A stretch of DNA of 64,000 nt from Solilutibacter pythonis (GCF_003697345.1 NZ_RFLY01000010.1:40070-104069), one strand, 5' to 3'; shown: positions 10,832 to 22,235, counted from the stretch's first letter. The notes: generated by a model from the sequence alone, not told the origin. Translations and numbers: made by a program.

Positions 10832-11698
10832 ATGGCTGAAATCACCGCATCCCTGGTCAAGGAACTGCGCGAGCGCACCGGCGCCGGCATGATGGAATGC
10901 AAGAAGGCGCTCACCGAGAACAACGGCGACATCGAAGCCGCCGCCGACTGGCTGCGCAAGACCGGCCTGGCCAAGGCCGACAAGAAAGCCGACCGCGTCG
11001 CCGCCGAAGGCCGCATCGGCATGGCCCAGGCGCCGGGCAAGGCCGCGCTGGTGGAAGTGAACTCGGAAACCGATTTCGTGGCGAAGGACGGCAACTTCAC
11101 CGGCTTCGTCGACGCCGTCGCCCAGGCCGCGCTGGACGCCGCCGACATCGAAGCGCTCAAGGCCGCCCGGATCGGCGATGCCACAGTCGAGGAAACCCGC
11201 GCCGCCGTCGTCGCCAAGGTGGGCGAGAACGTGCAGTTGCGCCGCATGGTTCACATCGACAGCGAAGGCGTGATCGGCGCCTACGTCCATGGCGGGCGCA
11301 TCGGTGTGCTGGTGGAGCTGAAAGGCGGCAACGAAGAGCTGGCCCGCGGCATCGCCATGCACGTGGCGGCGATGAACCCGCCCTACATCTCGCCCGCCCA
11401 CGTGCCGGCCGAGTTCGTCGAGCGCGAGAAAGCCATCGCCCTGGAACAAGTCAAGGATTCGGGCAAGCCCGCCGACATCCTGGAGAAGATGATCTCCGGC
11501 AAGATCACCAAGATCGTCAACGAAGTCACCCTGACCGGCCAGCCCTACGTGCTGAACACCGACCAGACCGTCGAAGCCACCCTGAAAGCCGCCGGCGCGG
11601 AAGTGCTGCGTTTCGAGCGCCTGGCCGTCGGCGAAGGCATCGAAAAGGTCAAGGAAGACTACGCCGCCGAAGTGATGAAGCAGGCCGGCCTGGCCTGA
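10832..11698 (+). CDS. tsf: elongation factor Ts
   Basis: [27 protein letters not shown]… is the canonical EF-Ts N-terminus. The gene follows rpsB. Confidence 0.95.
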   Translation: MAEITASLVKELRERTGAGMMECKKALTENNGDIEAAADWLRKTGLAKADKKADRVAAEGRIGMAQAPGKAALVEVNSETDFVAKDGNFTGFVDAVAQAALDAADIEALKAARIGDATVEETRAAVVAKVGENVQLRRMVHIDSEGVIGAYVHGGRIGVLVELKGGNEELARGIAMHVAAMNPPYISPAHVPAEFVEREKAIALEQVKDSGKPADILEKMISGKITKIVNEVTLTGQPYVLNTDQTVEATLKAAGAEVLRFERLAVGEGIEKVKEDYAAEVMKQAGLA

Positions 11699-11759
11699 CC
11701 GGGAACCCCGGCGCCACGATGATCGCGGCGCTCATCATCCCTCAAACTTCCGCAGTTGC

Positions 11760-11793
11760 GAAGAACCCGCCGAATGGCGGGTTCTTCGTTTCC
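11760..11793. terminator. bidirectional intrinsic terminator between tsf (+) and the AIM24 gene (-)
   Basis: Perfect 12-bp stem gaagaacccgcc / ggcgggttcttc with a GAAT loop, followed by gtttcc. Confidence 0.6.
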
Positions 11794-11807
11794 GGCATTG
11801 GCCCGGC

Positions 11808-12512
11808 TCAACCGCCTCCGCTCTGGAAAGTCCGCTCTTCGTAGGGCTGCACCACCACCCACCCCTCGCCCGCGAACTTCAACTGAATACTCTCGCCGGA
11901 AGTGCGTCCGACCAGCGTGCCCAGCGAGATGTCGGTGACGATCTCCGGCTCCAGATTGCCCGACCACGCCACGGTGGCATTGGGATCGGTGAACACCGGG
12001 CCGCCAGCCGCGCTCACCCCCAGGGTCAGCGGCTGGTAATGCGACGTAATGGCCACGATCCCGTTGCCCGAAAGCCGCACGTTGAACAGGCCGCCGGCCA
12101 TCATCCCGGCGACCCGCCGCATCATGGTGATCCGGTTGTCGATGCCGGCCTCGAACGCGAGCACGTCGTTGCCGTTGACGAAGATCGACTCCCCGCCTAG
12201 CCGCAGCAGGCCGATCTTCTTGCCGGCATCGGCGAGATAGGCGCGGCCCCGCCCTTCCATCTTCATCAGCTGCATGCCCTCGCCGCTGACCGCCTTCTTC
12301 AGCAGATTGCCGAGCCCCTGCTCCAGCAGGCCCTGGCGGGTGAACTTGACGTTGCCGGTGCGCGCCACCATCGAACCGGCCTTGGCCCAGACCAGCCCAT
12401 CCAGACGCACCTCCAGCATGCGGTCACTCTCCAGCTCGAAGATTTCACCGGCGCCGATTTCGTCGCGCTCGCGCGAATCCGAAAGAAATTCCTGCAAAGT
12501 CTTGACCGCCAT
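11808..12512 (-). CDS. AIM24-family (DUF124) protein
   Basis: ~234-aa Gly-rich, all-beta-like sequence starting [10 protein letters not shown]…, ending …[10 protein letters not shown]. It is inserted antisense between tsf and pyrH. Confidence 0.5.
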   Translation of the reverse strand: MAVKTLQEFLSDSRERDEIGAGEIFELESDRMLEVRLDGLVWAKAGSMVARTGNVKFTRQGLLEQGLGNLLKKAVSGEGMQLMKMEGRGRAYLADAGKKIGLLRLGGESIFVNGNDVLAFEAGIDNRITMMRRVAGMMAGGLFNVRLSGNGIVAITSHYQPLTLGVSAAGGPVFTDPNATVAWSGNLEPEIVTDISLGTLVGRTSGESIQLKFAGEGWVVVQPYEERTFQSGGG

Positions 12513-12634
12513 ACGCCTGCTCCACACCAAGGGATTCGGCAATCCTAACCCACGCCAGTGGACCGCCCCGGATCGCTGCACGGTCGCATGCGCGGAGTAG
12601 AATGGCGCATTTCCCGAAGCCCTCCGGAGCCGCC

Positions 12635-13363
12635 ATGTCCCAGCTCGCCCATCGCCGTGTCCTTTTGAAACTGTCCGGCGAGGCGCTGATGGGCGGCGAA
12701 GACTACGGCATCGACCCGAAAGTGCTGAACCGGATCGCCCGCGAGGTGATCGAAGCCCGTGAAGCGGGCGCGGAAATCGCCCTGGTGATCGGCGGCGGCA
12801 ACATCTTCCGCGGCGCCGGCCTGGCCGCCGGCGGCATGGACCGGGTCACTGGCGACCAAATGGGCATGCTGGCCACCGTCATCAACGCGCTGGCGATGCA
12901 GGATGCGCTGGAGAAGCTCGGCGGCAAGGCCCGCGTCATGAGCGCGCTCAAGATCAACGATGTCTGCGAAGACTACATCCGCCGGCGCGCCATCCGGCAT
13001 ATGGAAAAGGGCCGGATCACCATTTTCGCCGCCGGCACCGGCAATCCGTTCTTCACCACCGATTCGGGCGCCGCCCTGCGCGCCATCGAGATCGGCGCCG
13101 ACCTGCTGCTCAAAGCCACCAAGGTCGATGGCGTGTACGACAAGGACCCGAAGAAGCACGCCGACGCGGTGCGCTTCGACAAACTCGATTACAGCGAGGT
13201 CATCGCCCGCAACCTAGAGGTGATGGACACCGCCGCCTTCGCCCTGGCCCGAGACGCCGAACTGCCGATGCGCATCTTCGACATGGAGCAGCCGGGCGTA
13301 CTGCTGAAGATTCTCCGCGGCGAGAACATCGGCACCCTGGTCCACGGCCGCCGCCGCGTCTGA
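12635..13363 (+). CDS. pyrH: UMP kinase
   Basis: …[14 protein letters not shown]…[13 protein letters not shown]… is the canonical PyrH sequence. Confidence 0.95.
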   Translation: MSQLAHRRVLLKLSGEALMGGEDYGIDPKVLNRIAREVIEAREAGAEIALVIGGGNIFRGAGLAAGGMDRVTGDQMGMLATVINALAMQDALEKLGGKARVMSALKINDVCEDYIRRRAIRHMEKGRITIFAAGTGNPFFTTDSGAALRAIEIGADLLLKATKVDGVYDKDPKKHADAVRFDKLDYSEVIARNLEVMDTAAFALARDAELPMRIFDMEQPGVLLKILRGENIGTLVHGRRRV

Positions 13364-13612
13364 CTCCGCAGTCGCCTGGCCCGGCCCGATATCCGAATGG
13401 GGAATCCCACCGTTCGGCCGATCGACGCGTGCGACATCGACATCGGGAGCGCATCGGCGCGGAACGGCGATGACGCCGCGCTTCCCGATATCGGCCCGCC
13501 GGTGATGCACGACACCCCGCCACGCACGCATCGAAAACCACCCCACGGACATCCGGCGGCCCGCCCAGGCATCACCTATAATCCCCCGCTTACGTTTCCG
13601 TGAGACCGGGCC

Positions 13613-14170
13613 ATGATCAAGGACATCCACAAGGACGCGCAGACGCGCATGCAAAAGAGCATCGAGGCGTTGCGCCACGACTTGGCCAAGGTCCGCACCG
13701 GCCGCGCCACCACCGCGCTTGTCGACCACGTCAAGGTCAACAGCTACGGCTCGGACATGCCGCTCTCGCAAGTCGCCAGCGTGACCGTGAGCGACGCCCG
13801 CTCGCTCACCATCACCCCCTGGGACAAGCAGATGGTCGCGGCGGTCGAGAAAGCGATCATCAACTCCGACCTCGGCCTGACCCCGAACACCGCGGGCATG
13901 ACCATCCGCATCAACATCCCGCCGCTGACCGAGGAGCGTCGCAAGGAGCTGACCAAGGTGGTTCACGGCGAGGGCGAGAACGCCAAGGTCGCCATCCGCA
14001 ACATCCGCCGCGACGCCAACCAGAAGGTCAAGGATCTGCTGAAGGACAAATCGGTGTCCGAGGACGACGTGCGCAAGAGTGAGGACGACGTGCAGAAGAT
14101 GACCGACAAGGCGATCAAGGACGTGGACGACGTGCTCAAGGCGAAGGAGCAGGAGCTGATGGCGGTCTGA
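13613..14170 (+). CDS. frr: ribosome recycling factor
   Basis: [32 protein letters not shown]… is the canonical RRF sequence. A consensus TATAAT lies at ~13577-13582 upstream. Confidence 0.95.
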   Translation: MIKDIHKDAQTRMQKSIEALRHDLAKVRTGRATTALVDHVKVNSYGSDMPLSQVASVTVSDARSLTITPWDKQMVAAVEKAIINSDLGLTPNTAGMTIRINIPPLTEERRKELTKVVHGEGENAKVAIRNIRRDANQKVKDLLKDKSVSEDDVRKSEDDVQKMTDKAIKDVDDVLKAKEQELMAV

Positions 14171-14310
14171 GTGGCGCCGTCACGCTCGCCCGCCCGATGC
14201 CCGCAGCGGCGCCCGGCACCGGCCACCCCCTTCCCCCTCGATACGCCGGCCCCGCTTCAGCCGGCGCTTTCTTCGTGGCCTTCACTCACGGCGGCCCTTG
14301 AGTCCCACAG

Positions 14311-15069
14311 ATGAGTGAAACCAGCCCCCGTAGCACACCGCGCCACCTTGCCGTCATCATGGATGGCAACGGGCGCTGGGCCGAGCAACGTCGCCGGCCG
14401 CGCCTCATCGGCCATCGCGCCGGCGCGCGCGCGGTGCAGACCTGCGTGGAGTTCTGCCTGGAACAGGACGTGGAAGCGTTGACGCTGTTCGCTTTCTCCA
14501 GCGAGAACTGGGGCCGGCCGCCGGAGGAAGTCAGCGGCCTGATGAAGCTGTTCACCGGTACCCTCGACCGCGAAGTGGACGAGCTGCACCAGCGCGGCGT
14601 CCGCCTGCGATTCATCGGCGAACCGGCGCGCTTCTCCGATGCCATCCGCCGTCGCATGCGGGCCGCCGAGGCGTTGACCGCCGGCAATGCGCGGATGACG
14701 CTCGCCATCGCCGCCAGCTATGGCGGCCGCCAGGACATCGTGGCCGCCGCGCGCGCGCTGGCGGCCGAGGCCGCCGCCGGCCGCCTGGCCGCCGGCGACA
14801 TCGACGAGGCGCTGTTCGGCCGCCACGTCGCATTGGCCGACCTGCCGCCGCCCGACCTGATGATCCGCACCGGCGGCGACCAGCGCATCAGCAACTTCTT
14901 GCTCTGGCAGCTGGCCTACGCGGAACTGTGGTTCACCGAAAGGTTGTGGCCGGAGCTGGATGCCGCCACACTGCGGCGCGCTTTCGACGATTACGCCAAC
15001 CGCCAACGCCGCTTCGGACTCACCGGCGCGCAAGTGGACGGCGCGGCCAAGGACCCTGTTTCGCAATGA
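14311..15069 (+). CDS. uppS: undecaprenyl diphosphate synthase
   Basis: …[14 protein letters not shown]… and …[12 protein letters not shown]… match the cis-prenyltransferase family. Confidence 0.95.
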   Translation: MSETSPRSTPRHLAVIMDGNGRWAEQRRRPRLIGHRAGARAVQTCVEFCLEQDVEALTLFAFSSENWGRPPEEVSGLMKLFTGTLDREVDELHQRGVRLRFIGEPARFSDAIRRRMRAAEALTAGNARMTLAIAASYGGRQDIVAAARALAAEAAAGRLAAGDIDEALFGRHVALADLPPPDLMIRTGGDQRISNFLLWQLAYAELWFTERLWPELDAATLRRAFDDYANRQRRFGLTGAQVDGAAKDPVSQ

Positions 15070-15929
15070 CCAAGACCCGTGTTCTCGCCGCCCTCGTCAT
15101 GGGGCCCGCGGCCATCGCCGCCGTATTGCTTCTGCCCACCCCCTGGATGATGCTGCTGGCCGCGCTGGTCTTCCTCGGCGGGTTGTGGGAATGGTTCCGT
15201 CTGGCCGGGGTCGAAGACACCCTGCCGCGCACCTTCCTGATCGCCGCCAACCTGCTGCTGATGGTGACCATCGCCTGGGCCTCGCGCGGCGCGCAAGGCG
15301 GCTCGATGGCGCTGTTCCATGTCGGCATGCTGGTCGGCGTGGCGTTCTGGTGGCTAGCGGTGCTCTGGCTCCGCTACCCATCCTTCAGTCTGGAAGACAA
15401 CGCCCGCAACCGCGCGACCAAGCTCGTCGCCGGCACGCTCGCGGTGGTACCGGCCTGGTGCGCGCTGGTGGTGATCCACGGCGACCCCAACGGCGCCGAC
15501 CCAACTCGCCTGATTCCGCGCAATCACCTGTGGCTGCTGGCCGCGCTGATGATCGTGTGGATGGCCGACACCGGCGCCTACTTCGCCGGCCGCAAGTTCG
15601 GCCGCCGCAAACTGGCGCCCGACACCAGCCCGAACAAGACGGTCGAGGGACTGCTCGGCGGGCTACTGGCGGCGGTGCTGGTCGGCCTCGCCTTCGGCGC
15701 GCTGGCCGGCGCCGGCCTCGGGCAACTGCCCTGGGTGGCGCTCGCGGCGCTCAGCACCGCCATCGCCTCGGTCATCGGCGACCTGTTCGAAAGCCTGCTG
15801 AAGCGCCAAGCCGGCGTGAAGGATTCCAGCGACCTGATTCCCGGCCACGGCGGCATCCTCGACCGCGTCGACAGCGTCCTGGCGGCGCTGCCGGTGTTCG
15901 CGCTGTGCAAGGCCAGCTTCGGATTCTGA
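15066..15929 (+). CDS. cdsA: phosphatidate cytidylyltransferase
   Basis: Multi-TM protein with a C-terminal CdsA signature (…PNKTVEG…[14 protein letters not shown]…). Its start overlaps the uppS stop (ATGA). Confidence 0.9.
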   Translation: MTKTRVLAALVMGPAAIAAVLLLPTPWMMLLAALVFLGGLWEWFRLAGVEDTLPRTFLIAANLLLMVTIAWASRGAQGGSMALFHVGMLVGVAFWWLAVLWLRYPSFSLEDNARNRATKLVAGTLAVVPAWCALVVIHGDPNGADPTRLIPRNHLWLLAALMIVWMADTGAYFAGRKFGRRKLAPDTSPNKTVEGLLGGLLAAVLVGLAFGALAGAGLGQLPWVALAALSTAIASVIGDLFESLLKRQAGVKDSSDLIPGHGGILDRVDSVLAALPVFALCKASFGF

Positions 15930-15931
15930 GC

Positions 15932-17113
15932 ATGAACGCGCCACAGCGCATCACCCTGTTAGGCGCCACCGGCTCGGTCGGCGCCTCGGCGCTGGACGTG
16001 ATCGCCCGCCATCCCGATCGCTACCGGGTGGCGGCACTGGCCGCCGGCCACCGGGTCGCCGAGTTGGTGGCGCTGTGCATCGCCCACCGCCCGGACCACG
16101 CGGTGATCGCCGACGAAAGCCGCCATGCCGAATTGCGCGCCGCCCTGGCCGCGGCCGGCCTGGCCACCGAGGCTCACGCAGGAATGGCCGCCATCGCCCA
16201 ATTGGCCGCCTCCGATGCCTGCGACACGGTGATCGCCGCGATCGTCGGCGCCGCCGGCCTGCCCTCCACCCTGGCCGCCGCCCGGGCCGGCAAGCGCCTG
16301 CTGCTGGCCAACAAGGAATCGCTGGTGCTGGCCGGCGAACTTCTGATGCGCGAAGTGGCCGCCTCCGGCAGCGTGCTGGTACCGATCGACAGCGAGCACA
16401 ACGCGATCTTCCAGTGCCTGCCCGAAGGCCGCGCCAGCGACACGGTGGCGAAGCTCGTCCTGACCGCCTCCGGTGGGCCGTTCCGCGGCCGCACGCGGGA
16501 CGAACTGGCCTCGGTCACGCCCGCGCAGGCCATCGCCCACCCCAAATGGTCGATGGGCCCGAAAATCTCGGTCGACTCCGCCACCCTGATGAACAAGGGG
16601 CTGGAAGTCATCGAGGCGCACCATCTGTTCGCCCAGCCCGGCGAGCGCATCGAAGTGCTGGTGCATCCGCAATCGCTGGTGCATTCGCTGGTCGAATTCG
16701 TCGATGGCTCCACGCTGGCCCAGCTCGGCCTGCCGGACATGCGCACCACGCTGGCGGTCGGACTGGCGTGGCCGGCGCGGGTGGCCTCCGGCGTCGCGGG
16801 GCTGGATCTGGTCGCCCAGGGCGGCCGGCTGGATTTCGAGCCACCCGATCTCGCCACCTTCCCCTGCCTGCGACTCGCGTTCGCCGCGCTGGCCGCCGGC
16901 GGCACCGCGCCGGCCATGCTCAATGCGCTCAATGAAGAAGCCGTTTCAGCCTTTCTTCAGGGCAGGATTGGTTTTCTGGACATCCCCGCGCTGGTCGAAG
17001 ATGGTCTGGCCGCGCTCCCTTCCGCTCCCGCGGAATCGCTCGCCGTGCTCGCCGAGGCCGACCGTGCCGCGCGCGCCCATGCGCAGGCGGCGATCTCGCG
17101 GCAGGATGCCTGA
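15932..17113 (+). CDS. dxr: 1-deoxy-D-xylulose 5-phosphate reductoisomerase
   Basis: …[17 protein letters not shown]… is the NADPH-binding N-terminus, followed by …LLANKESLV…. Confidence 0.95.
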   Translation: MNAPQRITLLGATGSVGASALDVIARHPDRYRVAALAAGHRVAELVALCIAHRPDHAVIADESRHAELRAALAAAGLATEAHAGMAAIAQLAASDACDTVIAAIVGAAGLPSTLAAARAGKRLLLANKESLVLAGELLMREVAASGSVLVPIDSEHNAIFQCLPEGRASDTVAKLVLTASGGPFRGRTRDELASVTPAQAIAHPKWSMGPKISVDSATLMNKGLEVIEAHHLFAQPGERIEVLVHPQSLVHSLVEFVDGSTLAQLGLPDMRTTLAVGLAWPARVASGVAGLDLVAQGGRLDFEPPDLATFPCLRLAFAALAAGGTAPAMLNALNEEAVSAFLQGRIGFLDIPALVEDGLAALPSAPAESLAVLAEADRAARAHAQAAISRQDA

Positions 17114-17291
17114 TGTATTGCATACCGTTCGTCCATTCCCCGCTGCCGGCCACTGTACGCTCCACGCCTGCCAGTCATCCTGACGCCCTCCCCCTGCGCG
17201 CGCAGGCACACCGCAGGATCGTCGCCGTGCCGCCCCCGATCGCCGCCGCCCTCCGCGCACCTGCGCCCGCGTCCCACTGGAGCGCGCGCGC

Positions 17292-18644
17292 ATGAGCGCC
17301 GTGCTGGGCCCGCTGTTCTGGCTGATCGTCAGCCTGGGCATCCTCGTCACCATCCACGAATTCGGCCATTTCTGGGTGGCGCGTCGTTGCGGGGTGAAGG
17401 TGCTGCGCTTCTCGATCGGCTTCGGCAAGCCGCTGTGGAGACGGCTCGGCAAGGACGGCACCGAATACGTTATCGCGGCGATCCCGCTCGGCGGCTACGT
17501 CAAGATGCTCGACGAGCGCGAAGGCAACGTGCCGGCGGTACAGCTCGAGCATGCCTTCAACCGCCAATCGGTCTGGCGGCGGATCGCGATCGTCGCGGCC
17601 GGCCCGCTGGCCAACCTAGCGCTGTGCGTGACCTTGCTATGGGCGATGTTCGTGGTCGGACGCCCGGATTACGCGCCGGACATCGGCCGCGCACAGGCGC
17701 TGGCGGCGGAATCGGGCTTCCGGCCCGGCGAGCGCATCCTATCCATCGACGATCAGCCCACCCCGACCTGGAGCGAAGCCGGCTTCGCCCTGATCGCCTC
17801 GGCGCTGGACCGCCAACCGGTGACGGTGCGGGTGCGCGATGCCAGCGGTATCGAGCGCGAACGCACCCTGCACCTGGAACGTCTTCCCGAGGGTGTGCGC
17901 GAACGCCAGGCGCTGGCCGCGGTCGGCATCCTCCCGGTGCATGCGCTGGTGCCGGCGGTGGTCGGCGAAGTCGCCGCCGATGGCCCCGCGGCCAGCGTGC
18001 TGCGCGCGGGCGAGCGCATCCTCGCCATCGATGGCCGCCCGGTCGATGGCTTCGACGCCCTGCGCGCGCCGATCGGGGCCGCCGGCGAGGCCGGGCGGCC
18101 GCTGCGGCTGCGGGTCGAACGCGATGGCGTCAGCCGCACCGTCGAACTGACTCCCGTGCGCATGCGCCACCCCGAGGCCGGCGAATACTGGGGCATCGGC
18201 ATCGCCGCGGCCGACGTCCAGGCCCCGCGCAGCGCCCTGCTGCGCCACGGCCCGCTGGCGGCCGTGCCGGCGGCATTCGGGGAAACCTGGCGGCTGACCC
18301 GCGACTCGCTGGCGATGATGGGCCGGATGCTGCGCGGCGCGGCCTCGATCGAAAACGTCTCCGGGCCGATCACCATCGCCCGCGTCGCCGACCACTCGGC
18401 CGGGATGGGAGCGGCCTGGTTCCTGAGCTTCCTGGCCCTGGTCTCACTCAGCCTGGCCATCATCAACCTGCTGCCGATCCCGATCCTGGATGGCGGCCAC
18501 CTGCTGTATTACCTTATCGAACTGGTCAAAGGCAGCCCGCCGAGCGAGCGCGCCATGATCATCGGCCAGTACTTCGGGCTGGCCATGCTCGCGGGCCTCA
18601 TGGGGCTGGCGTTCTACAATGACATTCACGGGCTGCTGCGATGA
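17292..18644 (+). CDS. rseP: RIP zinc metalloprotease RseP
   Basis: HEFGHFWVAR (HExxH) in TM1, PDZ domains, and a C-terminal …LLPIPILDGGHL… motif. Confidence 0.95.
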   Translation: MSAVLGPLFWLIVSLGILVTIHEFGHFWVARRCGVKVLRFSIGFGKPLWRRLGKDGTEYVIAAIPLGGYVKMLDEREGNVPAVQLEHAFNRQSVWRRIAIVAAGPLANLALCVTLLWAMFVVGRPDYAPDIGRAQALAAESGFRPGERILSIDDQPTPTWSEAGFALIASALDRQPVTVRVRDASGIERERTLHLERLPEGVRERQALAAVGILPVHALVPAVVGEVAADGPAASVLRAGERILAIDGRPVDGFDALRAPIGAAGEAGRPLRLRVERDGVSRTVELTPVRMRHPEAGEYWGIGIAAADVQAPRSALLRHGPLAAVPAAFGETWRLTRDSLAMMGRMLRGAASIENVSGPITIARVADHSAGMGAAWFLSFLALVSLSLAIINLLPIPILDGGHLLYYLIELVKGSPPSERAMIIGQYFGLAMLAGLMGLAFYNDIHGLLR

Positions 18645-18688
18645 CTCTTCGCCGCCGCCCTTCTTTTAGGCAAAACCGGACCTCCGTA

Positions 18689-21190
18689 ATGACGCGAACC
18701 CCCCACCGTCGCCGCCTGCTGGCCCTGGCGCTCGCTTCCGCCCTTGCCATGCCCGCCCTGGCGCAGTCGATCGAACCGTTCACCGTCAACGACATCCGCG
18801 TCGATGGCCTGCAACGCATCTCGGCCGGCACCGTCTTCACCTACCTGCCGGTGGAGCGTGGCGACCGTCTCGACCATGCCAAGGCCGCCGAGGCGATCCG
18901 CGCCCTGTACAAGACCGGCTTCTTCGAGGACATCCGCCTCGACCGCCAGGACGGCATTCTGGTACTCACCGTGAAGGAACGCCCGGCCATCAACAAGCTC
19001 AGCGTCAGCGGCAACAAAGACCTGCAAACCGAGCAATTGATGAAGAGTCTGAAGGACATCGGCCTGTCCGAGGGCGAGACTTACGACCGCATGAGCCTGG
19101 ACCGCGTGCAGCAGGAACTGACCCGCGCCTATCAGAATCGCGGCAAGTACAACGTCGAGATCAAGCCCCAGGTCACTCGGCTCGACCGCAACCGCGTCGA
19201 CATCGCCATCGAGATCAAGGAGGGCAAGGCGGCCAAGATTCGCCACGTCAACGTGATCGGCAACGCGCTGTTCGCCGACAAGCAACTGCTGGACAACTGG
19301 GAATCGCGCCCCACCAACTGGCTCAGCTGGTACCGCCGCGACGACCAGTACTCGAAGGAAAAGCTCTCCGGCGACCTGGAGAAGCTCCAGTCCTACTATC
19401 TGGATCGCGGGTACATCGACGCCGCGGTCGGGCCGGACAACACCCAGGTCTCGATCAGCCCCGACAAGCGCGATGTCTACATCACCGCCGGCATCAGCGA
19501 GGGCGAGCAGTACAAGATTTCCAGCGTGGCCGTCGGCGGCGACACCGTGCTGCCGAAGGACGAGGTGGAAAAGCGAGTGGCGCTGTTCGTCCAGCCCGAT
19601 CAGGTCTTCTCGCGCGCGCGCCTTGAAGCGGCGACCGAGAGCATCACCGCTTCGCTCAGCAACATCGGCTACGCCTTCGCCCAGGTCAACCCGGTTCCCG
19701 ACGTGGACCGCGAGAAGCGTACCGTCGGCATCACCATGCAGGTCGTCCCCGGCCCGCGCGTCAGCGTGCGCCGGATCGTGTTCAAGGACAACAACCGCAC
19801 TCGCGACGAAGTGCTACGCCGCGAAATGCGCCAGTTCGAAGGGGCCTGGTATTCACAGGCGGCGATCGACCGCTCCAAGATCCGCCTGCAACAACTGGGC
19901 TATTTCGAAGCCGTGGACATCGAAAGCGCGCCGGTGCCGGGCAGCAACGATCAGGTCGATCTGGAAGTGAAGGTCAAGGAGACCAACTCCGGCCAGGTCA
20001 TGCTGTCGCTGGGCTATTCGCAGCTCTCGGGCGTGCAGATCAGCGGCCAGCTCTCGGAAAACAACTTCCTCGGCAGCGGCAACCGGGTCTCGGTGGCGGC
20101 GCTGCGCTCCTACTACCAGAAGCGCTACGAATTCTCCTTCCTCAACCCCTACTTCACCGACAGTGGCGTCTCGCTGGGCTACAACCTGTGGTGGAGCGAG
20201 TTCAATTTCTCGAACTTCAACGTGGCCCAGTATTCGACCAATGCCGGCGCGGCCCAGGCATTCTTCGGCGTGCCGATCACCGAATACGACACCGTGAGCC
20301 TGATGCTCGGCATCGACAGCAAGAAGGTGACAGCGATCAGCGGCTCGACGCCGGAAGTGATCATCGACTACATCAATGCCGTCGGCAATCGTACCTTCCA
20401 TTCCTGGCGCACCCAGCTGGCCTATGCGCGCGATACCCGCAACGACGCCCTGCGCCCCTCGGCCGGCACCTACCAGCGTGTGTCGCTGGAGGCCACCCTG
20501 CCCGGCTCCACCGTGCAGTACTACAAGCTGGACTACCAGTTCTCCAAGTACTGGCCGCTGAGTCCATCGTTCGTGCTCAACACCGGCTTCAACGTGGGTT
20601 ACGGCGACTCCTACGGACAAAACCTGGAGCGTAACCTCTGCTATACCCCGCCGACGCCGCCTACCACGGCCAATCCCACTCCCCCGCCCCCGCGGCCACC
20701 CAGCAACCCCTGCATGATCAACTCCGCGGACTACGTGAAGACCGTGCGCGCCGGCGGCCTGCCGTTCTTCGAGAACTTCTACGCCGGCGGCGTGTCGTCC
20801 GCGGGCCGGGTGCGCGGCTTCATGGACAACACCCTCGGCCCGCGCGTGCCTAGCCCCTTTGGCGGCTACATGCAGCCGATCGGCGGCTCGGTGAAGACCA
20901 TCGGCACGCTGGAGATGTTCTTCCCGAAACTGATCAACAGCCCGGCCGCGCGGGTCTCGGCCTTCGTCGATTTCGGCAATGTGTTCACCGACTGGAAGAG
21001 CTGGGACGCCAAGGAACTGCGAGCCTCCACTGGCCTCTCGCTGATGTGGCGCTCTCCGATGGGACCGATCTCGATCAGCTACGCGCTGCCGTTGCGCAAG
21101 AAGGACGCCACCTTCGGCCCCAACGGCGCGATGATCGACCCGGGCGACCGCATCGAGCGCTTGCAGTTCACCTTCGCCGGCGCGTTCTGA
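18689..21190 (+). CDS. bamA: outer membrane protein assembly factor BamA
   Basis: Signal peptide MTRTPHRRRLLALALASALAMPALA, POTRA repeats, and a beta-barrel with the …GRVRGF… loop-6 motif. An alternative ATG at 18641 overlaps the rseP stop. The protein contains a Cys-flanked Pro-rich insertion. Confidence 0.9.
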   Translation: MTRTPHRRRLLALALASALAMPALAQSIEPFTVNDIRVDGLQRISAGTVFTYLPVERGDRLDHAKAAEAIRALYKTGFFEDIRLDRQDGILVLTVKERPAINKLSVSGNKDLQTEQLMKSLKDIGLSEGETYDRMSLDRVQQELTRAYQNRGKYNVEIKPQVTRLDRNRVDIAIEIKEGKAAKIRHVNVIGNALFADKQLLDNWESRPTNWLSWYRRDDQYSKEKLSGDLEKLQSYYLDRGYIDAAVGPDNTQVSISPDKRDVYITAGISEGEQYKISSVAVGGDTVLPKDEVEKRVALFVQPDQVFSRARLEAATESITASLSNIGYAFAQVNPVPDVDREKRTVGITMQVVPGPRVSVRRIVFKDNNRTRDEVLRREMRQFEGAWYSQAAIDRSKIRLQQLGYFEAVDIESAPVPGSNDQVDLEVKVKETNSGQVMLSLGYSQLSGVQISGQLSENNFLGSGNRVSVAALRSYYQKRYEFSFLNPYFTDSGVSLGYNLWWSEFNFSNFNVAQYSTNAGAAQAFFGVPITEYDTVSLMLGIDSKKVTAISGSTPEVIIDYINAVGNRTFHSWRTQLAYARDTRNDALRPSAGTYQRVSLEATLPGSTVQYYKLDYQFSKYWPLSPSFVLNTGFNVGYGDSYGQNLERNLCYTPPTPPTTANPTPPPPRPPSNPCMINSADYVKTVRAGGLPFFENFYAGGVSSAGRVRGFMDNTLGPRVPSPFGGYMQPIGGSVKTIGTLEMFFPKLINSPAARVSAFVDFGNVFTDWKSWDAKELRASTGLSLMWRSPMGPISISYALPLRKKDATFGPNGAMIDPGDRIERLQFTFAGAF

Positions 21191-21197
21191 CCACGAC

Positions 21198-22235
21198 ATG
21201 ACGGCTGGCTTCAACGCGGCGGAACTGGCGGAACGTTTCGGGCTGACCCTACGGGGCGATGGCGGCGCCCGGGTGACGGGTGTCGCCACGCTGGCGCGGG
21301 CGGACTCGACGCAACTGGCCTTTCTCGCCAATCCACGCTACCGCGCGCAACTGGCCGAGAGCGGCGCCGGCGTCGTGGTCATGCGCGAGGCCGACGCGGA
21401 AGGCGCGCCGATGACCGCGCTCGTCGCCCGCGACCCCTACGCCGCCTTCGCCCGCATCGCCGCGCTGTTCGAACCCGCGCCGACGTATCCGCCGGGCATC
21501 CACCCGAGCGCGGCGGTCGCGCCGGAGGCGGTGGTCGATCCTTCCGCGCACATCGGCCCGTTCGTCAGCATCGGGGCGCGTTCGCACATCGGCGCCGGCG
21601 CGGCGATAGGCCCTGGCTGCGTGATCGGCGAGGATTGCGTGGTCGGCGCCGGCTGCGAGCTGATCGCGCAAGTCACGCTGGTGACGCGCGTCAGGCTGGG
21701 CCGGCGCGTGCGCATCCACCCGGGCGCGGTGCTCGGCGCCGACGGTTTCGGCCTGGCGATGGAGCATGGCGGCGAAAGCGGCGGCCGTTGGCTCAAGGTG
21801 CCGCAACTCGGCGGCGTGACGGTCGGCGACGATTGCGAGATCGGCGCCAATACCTGCATCGACCGCGGCGCGCTCGACGATACCGTGCTCGAAGACGATG
21901 TGCGCCTGGACAATCTGATCCAGATCGGCCACAACGTCCAGATCGGCGCGCACACCGCGATGGCTGGGTGTTCGGCGGTGGCCGGCAGCGCGAAGATCGG
22001 TCGCTATTGCCTGATCGGCGGGGCCGCAGGTGTGCTGGGACACCTCGAAATCTGCGATCAAGCCATGATCACCGCGATGAGCCTGGTGACTCACTCCATT
22101 CGCGAACCGGGCGAGTATTCTTCCGGCACGCCATTGATGGACAATCGTGCCTGGCGCAAGAGCGCCGCGCGTTTCAAGCAACTCGACAAGCTGTTCCGCG
22201 AAGTACGCGACGGCGACGACAAAGGGAAACAATGA
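21198..22235 (+). CDS. lpxD: UDP-3-O-(3-hydroxyacyl)glucosamine N-acyltransferase
   Basis: Left-handed beta-helix hexapeptide repeats. It sits in the conserved position between bamA and fabZ. Confidence 0.95.
   Translation: MTAGFNAAELAERFGLTLRGDGGARVTGVATLARADSTQLAFLANPRYRAQLAESGAGVVVMREADAEGAPMTALVARDPYAAFARIAALFEPAPTYPPGIHPSAAVAPEAVVDPSAHIGPFVSIGARSHIGAGAAIGPGCVIGEDCVVGAGCELIAQVTLVTRVRLGRRVRIHPGAVLGADGFGLAMEHGGESGGRWLKVPQLGGVTVGDDCEIGANTCIDRGALDDTVLEDDVRLDNLIQIGHNVQIGAHTAMAGCSAVAGSAKIGRYCLIGGAAGVLGHLEICDQAMITAMSLVTHSIREPGEYSSGTPLMDNRAWRKSAARFKQLDKLFREVRDGDDKGKQ

Noticed and set aside
10897-11844. 315-aa Arg-rich ORF overlapping tsf in another frame
   Set aside because: The tsf frame gives a canonical EF-Ts. 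The alternative frame is poly-Arg low-complexity.
14960-17113. 717-aa ORF apparently fusing cdsA-region sequence to dxr
   Set aside because: It is the dxr frame read through upstream sequence that overlaps the real cdsA in another frame. The canonical Dxr N-terminus ([17 protein letters not shown]) begins at 15932.
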